Source: Peribolospora baueri
Lineage: Eukaryota
Length of the DNA stretch: 42,127 nt
Direction: 5' to 3'
Assembly: GCA_029717555.1 (NCBI GenBank)
Contig: JAMDHS010000128.1
Coordinates: forward strand, 1-42,127
Shown: piece by piece, positions 11,321-25,482 of the stretch
How positions within the stretch are numbered: position 1 is the stretch's first letter
Layout: every line of letters starts with the position of its first letter
Translations under genes and position numbers: made by a program
Notes under the pieces: model-generated
The model's database searches: none
Told to the model about the DNA's origin: nothing
The model's input: the letters and a program-made list of their open reading frames with translations, nothing else

Positions 11321-13310
11321 TCATTGGTAAATCTGCCTCAAAAGCTCCTCGATCTCGTCCTCCTTCACCTTTTCCTTCTCCGACGCAGCAATAGAGCTCT
11401 CCGTGGCTGAAACCTTTTCAGCGATCCACTTAAGATCCTCGTAAGGAACATTATACTCCTTCAACGTGCTCTGTAGACCGAGATCTTTCACGAGTTGGCC
11501 GATGGCGTGAGCGAGCGAAGATGCGGCGGACACGTCCGTATCGGGGTGGACGGGCGGCGAAGGGGCGTAAGGGTGGGGGAGGAGGCGGTGGGCGCGGGAG
11601 AGGAGGAGGAGGGAGTCCGAGTTCGGGTTTGCGTCGGAGAGGTGACGTACTTTGAGGCTCAGAGCTGAAGCTAGGGTGAGACAGGAGGTGATGCTGTGAC
11701 AAATTCGAGGGGGAAGAAAGTTAATAGAATGCTCAGTAGGGCTGAAGTTTCTAGTACATGACCAAGAGGCGTCAACCTCACCCGTGCGGAATACTGCATT
11801 GAACCAAATCGCGTCACATTTCGTTGGGTCGGAAGGTATCAAGAAAGTTCACCTAGCCCCTCAACATCCAGTCTGCAATCGCTACTTACCCATACGTCGC
11901 ACCGAGTGCATGGCCCAGGGCGTGACTCAGACCCAGAGCGCCTCCTCTGGGGTTGGGGAAGAGCGAGGTCCATGCCGCCACTGGTAGCGAGGGAGGCAAA
12001 GTGAACAAGAGCTATAAACGTGTGAGAGTTGATCGTGCGTGGCAGTGGCGATGAAGGTGAGGGAAACATGCTACAAGCGCTCGCAACACAATGACTACGG
12101 AGGTCAAGACAAGCAAGGAGGAACGAAGTCACGCACACTGCAGTCTCTGCCTCACTTCCACTTCCCCTGGATCAGTCTTGCTCTTGGGCAAATATGTGAA
12201 CAAATCAGCGATGGCGTTGGGAGAGAGGGCGCGAATGGGGTAGGCATTTCCTGGCCGGTAGATGTTCTCAACGGCGTGGTCGAGAGCTGGGGAGTGTTGT
12301 CGCGTTCGTGGTGGGGAGAGTAAAAGAAACGTCACAATGGTGATTCATTCGTTCGTGCCTACTTGTGCGTCCGTATCTGAATAGTAGAACTATATTCACT
12401 CACCCCTCATACCAGACGAGAGCCAAAGCCTCTCCGGAGTGTACAAAGTCAGCTCGGCATCGAGGATGATGGCCTGCGGGACCGTACCCGGGGACGGCGA
12501 GGAAATAGAGGCGTGAAAGAGTGGGGGGGAGGAGAGTGGCTCAGCGTTTTTTTTTTCGAGTGATAAGGCAGAGCGGTATGCTGTTCGCACTTACCGCGGG
12601 AGCGAGGTCGTAACCGCTTACGAGGACTTTCTGGCCTTCTTCGGACGTGTATCCTGCAATCTGTGACGGAAGGAAGAAATGGCGCCGTCAGGGGAGGGAA
12701 GAAAATGAAAGACGAAATCAAGTCTGAGCATGCACAGCCGATCCAGACAAGCTCTTTCTCCACTTGCCCACTTACCATCGTATACTCGGCAGCGCTGAGC
12801 GTAGTAGGAATAGCAAGGCTGGGCAGTGTCTCGCCGCCCTCTTGTTCCCTCAAGTAGTATGCGATCACCTTGGCTGCATCGATGGGGCTCCCTCCGCCAA
12901 CGCTGACAAGCACGTCCGCCTTGGTTTCCTTGACCATCTCAATGGCCCGCTTGATCCCCGAGACGGGGGAGTGCTCGCCGATGTCAGTAAAAGTGCCCAC
13001 ATGGTGGGCGCCGAGGAGGGCCTCGACGCGTTTGATGACGGGGGTTCGCGTCGAAAGCGAATGGCCAGTGATAATGAGCGCGCGCGTTTTGTGGAGGGTG
13101 TTTGTTAGCAGAGGCACAACCGTGGACACCGAGCCGGGGCCATAGTTGAGGACTAATTGGGGGCGTTGAAGGGAAGAAGAAGACGAGAAGAGTGAGCGTC
13201 GGGCCTGTCAAGACCACTCCGTGGTGGACAGACAGGATCCACAGACCCTTTAGGTTGGAGTACGTGTACGACCCGACAATGGGGGAGGAAGGGGCGTGAG
13301 GCGTCGTCAT
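11321..13310 (-). CDS. Iron-containing alcohol dehydrogenase family protein (maleylacetate reductase-like), multi-exon
   Basis: VSVGGGSPIDAAK, LAIPTTLSAAEYT, IILDAELTLYTPERLWLSSGMRALDHAVE, and GLSHALGH/HGITSC-type metal-binding segments. Start MTTPHAPSS at 13310. Confidence 0.88.
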
Positions 13311-14910
13311 GATGGTCCCGTCGTCGTCAGGAGACGAGACGATCGGCGGGGAGACGATCGTGTGTAAAACACGCGTCACTCGATGGCAATCACGCACTGG
13401 ATCCGCGGGCCGCGTCCAGCTGCTGATATAGGCAGAGAGAGCCCTTTCGATCCTGTGCTTGGCAGGGCACGACGCTCGGCCGTCCCACGGGCCATCTTAT
13501 CTGATTGCAGGACTTGGGTATCGGCACTCCTCCAAGCCCATAAGGCCAGATGAAACACGAGTCAGTCAGCCAACGGCGAAGATCAGGCGTGGCGAAGGCG
13601 CAGGAGGAAAAGTCAAAGATAAACGGAGCCATGGCGGGCGATGGACCTCCTCCACTAAAGGCCGAATGTTCGGCCCACCTGCCGGCCCGGCCTCAGACAA
13701 GCAAGCACACGGCTGATCCTGCATTCTATACCTGCGCTACAGCACACACAGCCAACGTCGCCTGTCAAGTCTCCGCCGTGCGAGATAGGCGCCGAACGGC
13801 CGCCGGGCAGAAAGAGCTGATACGTTGATGGGCGCAAGGATGGATGAGGTGAGCGTCCGTCCTTTGCACACACGTCAGCACGCCTGGGGAAGGGAAACGG
13901 AAGATGGCGATGGAGGGCATGTCAAAGATGTGGAAGTGTGACATGGAGTTGCTAGGTACAAATTAGAGTACACGGCGGTGCAGAAAACAAGAGGTAGGGC
14001 CTTACGCAAGCAAAGAGATGGGCAACGAGAATAAATAGGCCGACACGGAGGGAAAATGAAGGACGAAGGAAACTGAGCGTCTAGACGGCTTGCTCCCCTG
14101 ACGTACGGTCGGTTGAATCTTTCCATCCTTTGGTATAGGCAGGTAAGGTGGCTCGAAAACCGGGTCTATGAAGACCTGGACAAGTCGAGGAGAAATAACG
14201 ATGACCCAGCCGAGCTGAATAGGACGAGAACGGTGGTGTTTGACAAGGACGAAGAGGATTCTTGGTCTCACAAGGTGGCCGGGAGGATCTGGTGGGAAAA
14301 GCCTGGAGAAGAGTGGGCGGACGCGAAGGGCAGAGCTGGCGCTACCATCGTCAACACCACCATCGGAAGCATCTCCGTCAACCTCAACTGAGAGTGCTAG
14401 TGTATACCGCGGAACGAGAAAACAAAGATGAGGACGGGAGAGATGAGAAGGAGAGATAAGCAGGTGATAGAGAAGAGGATAGAAGGGAAGGTGAAGATGA
14501 AGACGAGGCGGCGTGTCGTTCAATGTCGACGCCGAGTCCTGTATCGTCGCCATGAGCGAGGTCGCTATCGAGTTGGTGTCGGCGTCGCGTCTGGCAAGAG
14601 GCGGGACGACGACGCCGGTTCGTCACCTCATTTGTACGTAGACTAGAGGCCATTCTGTGCTTGTAGGTGCGGACCGCGACTAAGGGTCGAGCGCCTGGCT
14701 TGTCATCGTGGTGAGAGGATCAACTCGGTCAGACCAGACCCTCGGCTGTGTGGGCCGTGCGCCGTCGGGAATCACGTGCCCAAGCGGTGGTCGAGGTCAA
14801 AAGAGTATCATCGTACGCCATCGACCTCTTTTCTTCGCACCGCCCGGCCTTCTTGAAGCCAAGTGTCCTCCGTTTCCGGCTCTCGGGCGCCTTTATCACA
14901 GTCATTGTAG

Positions 14911-16163
14911 ATGACGATGTCTCCCATCGTGCAAATCCACGCCCCAGACTCATCTCATGAAGCGTTCAGCAAGGAGCAGTTTCCATACCAGGCGTTCATG
15001 GGCAAGTGGTGAGTGTCGCGGCAGTCTTTATCTGAGGCCCGGCTAAACTAAGGGTGACGTTGGAGCATCTTTGCGACTTCATGTCTATATCTCACTCTTT
15101 CTTTCTTGACACGCGGACTAACACTCCGGAATGACTCCACAGGTACGTTGTAGCGACGACGCTCCCCCTTTGGAACGACAAGAAGAACGTGACGATTACT
15201 TATGCCCCAGTCCCATCAGAGAAGGACGGCGCTCCAATGGCATTTGACGATATAGTGGAATATCACAAGAAGACTGAGAATTCAGCCAGGAAGAAGAAGA
15301 GAACGATTATCGGCGTGGATACTATCGATCAGAAAGGGAGGAATGGGTCAGTACGGCGCTGAGGGTGGGGTACAGGAGCCAGGCTGTCTGGCCTTTATTG
15401 GGCGCGTGCTAGACACTGAACGGGTGCCCATTTCTTTTTTAATTTTCGTATTTGGATTGGCTGTATATTTTCACTCTTTGAACACCAACGAAGGGCATCC
15501 TGGCAGTGGAGTGGCCGTGGTGTCCTATTCATCGCCACCTCACACTGGCAACTCCTTGGTTACCACATTTCACCACGCCTCTCCCCTTCCGGTGGCCAGC
15601 AGCACAACATGTCTATGAGCGTTGGGCCTACCGCTTCATCCACCTCTGCTCCTCCCATTCCAGGTCCTGGGACAGTGCCCGCTGAAGCCGGCCAAGCTAT
15701 GACGGGAGTTGTGCTGGAGAGAGGGGAGGGATTGGTGGAGGAAGAAGCGGGGACGAAGGGGAGTGTTGGAGGGCAGGCAGAGAAGGATATGGAGCCTGAA
15801 TGGGCTCTTACCTACTTCTCCAGCACGCTCTTCACGCCCGCTGGTCTGGATATCTGTGCGTTTCTCTTCCACCTTGTTATTGCACATTCTGCCGGCACGT
15901 CACATGTTACGCACCATGAACTCATCATGTTGCCCACCCTCTCCGTTCATCATCACGATCCTTGCCGTTATCCTCTCTCTTTCTCATACTTTTACACAGA
16001 CGCGCGCTCTCCTGCCTCTCTCACCCCCGCGTTCATAGACGCCATCATCAAGGCGGTGCGTGATTTCGAACCTCAGGTTAGGGACGAGAACGGTGCCAAA
16101 GCGGAGGAGCTGCGTACGCTCGGCAGCAAGTTTTTCAAGGTCGAGCATGACAGGGATGAGTAG
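14911..16163 (+). CDS. Fungal calycin/lipocalin-like hypothetical protein; 4 exons
   Basis: Spliced product FMGKWYVVATTLPLW..VTITY..FDDIVEY..IIGVDT..WQWSGRGVLFIATSHWQLLG..WALTYFSSTLFTPAGLDIYAR. GxWY is the lipocalin SCR1-like motif. Introns have GT..AG ends and preserve frame. Confidence 0.75.
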
Positions 16164-16598
16164 GTGCAAGAATGGTTAGGTGGAGATAGCGTCGCAGGAG
16201 TGGGTGGCTGCTAGGCGAAGGAGCGTACTGTATCCGTTCGTCATATCGCTTCCCCCCCTGGTCCTTCTTGGATACCTTGATATACCGTCGATTTTTCTCA
16301 ATACCGTGACGTTGGACCGTCCACTCAACCGCCGTGCCAAGCAAAAACGTTCGGTTCTACACGCAGGCCAGCGTGGGCACCGCCACCGCAAGCTCCCCTC
16401 AAATTGGGGGGCTTTAAGGATGTGGCCGAGAAATGACATCCGAACAGTGGCATGGAGAAAACCAAGGCCATCGTCCGCAGGCACTATCCATGTTTTGTTC
16501 AACCCCAGGAACCAATAAATCTACATGAGCCCGTCGCAATAGACAACCGAATAAGGAGGCAGAAGGGGAAACAGAATGTCAAACCATGGCGTTGTTCT

Positions 16599-22367
<5,769 letters not shown>

Positions 22368-22611
22368 GATGGAAGGAAGGGAAGAGGCGGAGGCGGAGGA
22401 GGAGGAGGAGGAGGCGGTGGAGGGAGAAGGAATAATAAATAACTTTCACTCAATCCATCCGTCGCTTGGCTTCCGCCGGGCCGACGGTGTTCGTGGCGCT
22501 CCCCTCCGTGCATTCCATCCATCCATCTATCAGATCAGCTGGACTGGACTCGGCCGGGCAGGAGTTGTCCCGTCGCTGACACGTCACGCCGCCAGCTCGG
22601 CTTGCTTCCAC

Positions 22612-22650
22612 GTCAGCTCGGCTCGGCTCAGCTCGGCTCAGCTCGGCTCA
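22612..22650. repeat. Pentanucleotide microsatellite (GCTCG/GCTCA)n upstream of the ABC transporter
   Basis: cagctcggctcggctcagctcggctcagctcggctca. Confidence 0.85.
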
Positions 22651-24168
22651 ACTGGACGGCGTTGGCGTTGGCGTGGTGGAGGTGGTGGACGTAAGTTTGA
22701 GGTGCGGCCGAAGGCGCGGCATGCTTCGTCCACGCGTCGAGCAGACGACGCAGGAAGACGCACTCAATGAACTGCGCTCGGCCTGCCCTTCCTGTCGGGC
22801 GGTCGCTGCAAGGACGACGTGGACGAGTCGAGTCGAGTCGAGCGAGTCAGTCGCTCCACTCACTCACTTGCGAATTTCGATCGGCCGTGCGAGCCGAGGA
22901 GCCGATCGGCGACGACACGCACGACACGACACGGCTGCGAGCCAGGAACCAACGCCTCACTCCGCCCGCGCCTTTGAGCCGCCGCCAGAACGAGACGCCG
23001 GTGCGCTTTCGGCCGACGCGTCCGACTAGGTCCGGTCGCCACGTGGCGCTGACACGTGGCCGATCGCGCCAGTCGATCGGCTCGAGCCGCCTCGCGTCCA
23101 TGCACATGCACATGCACATGCTCTTCTCTCCGTCTCTCGGTAGCCCTTCTTCTCTCCTCTTCTTCTTTGTCCTCTTTCGAGAACTACTTCTACGACAAGC
23201 TCGACCTTCTGACGCCTCCCTACGTCGGCCGCGCCGACCAGGACCTCGTCCACCTCGCCAGACCTCCCTATCGGAAGGACCGATCCCTTTCAGAGACACG
23301 CACGGATATAGAAAATGGGGTCAAGAAAGAAAGATAGGCGGTGATGAGAATGGGGCTGTTTGGCGGGACGAGAAGAAAAGAAAAAAGAAGAAAAAAAGGA
23401 GCTGGCGGTGGTGGGGTGGTGTTTTCACTACGCTTGGACGCGCCGCTCACCGGGGGGCAAGGCCGATCGATAGCAGCGTCTGAGAGGGGTGGAGGACGAG
23501 GAGGGATAGAAGAAACGGCTTGCTTTGGATTCCCGCGCAGCCTCGCCGTTCGGCGGCGGAAGCATGGGGCAAAGACGAGGACTTGGTGTTCTTGCATACC
23601 GACCTCGCACCTCGTCCCTCGCTCGCCATTTTGTGGACCGGCGGCGGGGCCGGGCCGGGCCTATTTGGGTTCCCACCGGAGCTCCGAGGGGCGTACGAAA
23701 AAAGTTCGAATTATGCCCGGCGCCACCTTGCTGAGATAGCGACGAAGCGCACCACGCTCTGGTAAACACTGACACGAGACGGACGGCTCGATCGATCGCC
23801 ACCACCGTCGTCCCAAGCCAAGCGCTTCCTCCCTTCCTCTCTCAGCGCTCATGGGGGGCGGTGATGTCGCCGTAGCCGTCGCTGTCGTCGTCGCACTCTC
23901 GCGCTACGCGACCAGCCCAGCGCACCGACCCTTCGTGCCCCTGCCAACTAACTTGACGATGTACGTCGGCGCTGGTGGCTTGCTTGGCCGAGAGCGAGCA
24001 GTTAGTTAGTCCCAGTGGGGCGTCGTTTCAGTGTACCCACACCGCAGTTCATTTTCCCTTCATATCCGATAGGTATAATAATTACGGAATAAAATCAAAA
24101 TTTGTTAGAATAAAAATACAAATATTACTTATACATTATTTAATAAATTTAATATTTATGAATACATT

Positions 24169-24242
24169 AGCACCTCAGAGGACTCGAACCTCTAATCTGC
24201 TAGTCCGAAGCTAGTTACTTTAACCAATTAAGCTAGAAGTGC
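24169..24242 (-). tRNA. trnR(ucg): tRNA-Arg (anticodon UCG), mitochondrial type, inside the NUMT
   Basis: The reverse complement folds as a cloverleaf: GCACTTC/GAGGTGC acceptor stem, GCTT/AAGT D-stem, ACTAG-CTTCGGA-CTAGC anticodon arm (one mismatch), AGAGG-TTCGAGT-CCTCT T-arm; 74 nt. Confidence 0.92.
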
Positions 24243-24347
24243 TTTTATTTAATTTGTGCGCGGTGCGGGTGCATGCACGGCTACTTACTTATCTTATACG
24301 AAATAATATAAGAAATTATAATAAGCATAATAAATAAAACGTTACCT

Positions 24348-24743
24348 ATGATTATAAAATTGACTAAAACATTTTAATATATACTTATAACTAAGGAAGA
24401 AAATATAAGTCGCGGTACCTATTTCATTGCTTGTTTCGTCCATTATTCATTTGTAACTGCAATTCCAGCCTCTATTCTTAATCATGCTAAAATATGTTAT
24501 TCAAATATGTATGTTGATAGAGAAAAAATCCTTAATGATAACAAGGGCAAATCTGGAATATACATGCTATGGAATAACATTTCAGGTAAATTCTATATAG
24601 GTCAAGCTCAAGATATTGGTGAACGAAAATCAGGTCGCCTTAATCGTTATTACAAGCCTAGTTATCTTGACAAAGGTAAAGATAAGAGCAATTCAATTAT
24701 TCGTGGAGCTATAATTAAATATGGACACGCAAACTTTAGTGTT
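24348..24743 (+). pseudogene. Truncated GIY-YIG homing endonuclease (N-terminal catalytic domain only), mitochondrial origin
   Basis: KILNDNKGKSGIYMLWNNISGKFYIGQAQDIG..RLNRYY..IIRGAIIKYGHANFSV is a canonical GIY-YIG module. It breaks off at about 24743, before the position of the conserved catalytic Glu. An upstream in-frame ATG (24348) is followed by a TAA at codon 10. Confidence 0.88.
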
Positions 24744-24990
24744 GGCTCAAGTCGGTCTCCTTCCCATCCATCCCGGATCGGAACCCCTAGCCCAGATCTC
24801 AAGCACGCTATCCCCGCACGGGACCTTCGCGTCCAGCCTTCCCGATGCCCCCGAATACGTCACTGCGCTCAAGAAAAGGGTCCCAACCACGTATTACGAC
24901 CTGTTAGCGGCGTTCTCCAAGACCAAAGCCGACACGTTCCCCCCCACCGCCCCTACGACCACTCCATCGATCTGGAACCTGGTACCCCCT
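24744..24990 (+). mobile_element. Ty3/Gypsy retrotransposon pol fragment (region just before reverse transcriptase), frameshifted
   Basis: VPTTYYDLLAAFSKTKADTFPP / HRPYDHSIDLEPGTP matches the Tf2/chromovirus-type 'VP..Y.D...VFSK..AD.LPPHRPYDH.I.L.PG' segment, with a 1-nt slip in the C7 run at about 24939-24945. Confidence 0.8.
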
Positions 24991-25168
24991 GGGGATGTCA
25001 ATTGGGAGTAGGAAAGGAAGCAGGACAAGCAAAGTATGGAGCGCCCGGCAAGTCTTCAGACAAAGAAGCACTAGCAAAGGCTGGCGGCTCGCAGGAACAC
25101 ATGAGGGTTTACGAAGGCAAACTTGGGCGGAATGGTGGCCTGGACGGCCTCGGTGCTGGGACAATCTG

Positions 25169-25305
25169 GGGACTGGGAAGCTGGACTCGGCGGAACTGGG
25201 TTCAACTGGACAGGGCAGGGCTGTGCTGGACGGGATTGGACTGGACTGGACGGGGCTGGACTGAACTGGGCTGGACTGGACTGGATTTGGCTGGGAACTG
25301 GACTC
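25169..25305. repeat. Degenerate (CTGGA/CTGGG)n pentanucleotide repeat upstream of the O-methyltransferase
   Basis: ggactggactggacggggctggactgaactgggctggactggactggatttggctgggaactggact. Confidence 0.8.
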
Positions 25306-25482
25306 GGCGCCGGCACCTAGTCGTCCCCTCTCCAACCACACAACGTTCCCATCTCGCCGCACGCACCCGCATATATAGCCGCCTCTTCGTCCGCCGTTCG
25401 CCATTCGCACCGTCCGCCGCTCTCCCTTGGTCCCCGTTACCGCTGCCGTTGCCGTTGCCGTCGCCTTGCCGCCTTTGCCGTC

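Larger units (their letters stand above)
24050..24743. other. NUMT: nuclear insertion of mitochondrial DNA
   Basis: Abrupt switch to very AT-rich sequence within a GC-rich region. Contains an intronless organelle-style tRNA, a short GC cluster (24256-24281) typical of fungal mtDNA spacers, and a GIY-YIG ORF with AT-biased codons. Left boundary approximate. Confidence 0.85.

Noticed and set aside
24507..24990. Penelope-like element (reverse transcriptase plus GIY-YIG) or active homing element
   Set aside because: The GIY-YIG is AT-rich, lies next to a mitochondrial tRNA and is truncated. The adjacent piece is Gypsy-type with no RT motifs, and base composition changes sharply at the junction.
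25300..25322. Helitron 3' end (CGGCGCCG palindrome followed by CTAG)
   Set aside because: The palindrome is only 8 bp and too close to the CTAG. No Rep/helicase remnant or clear 5' end is visible.
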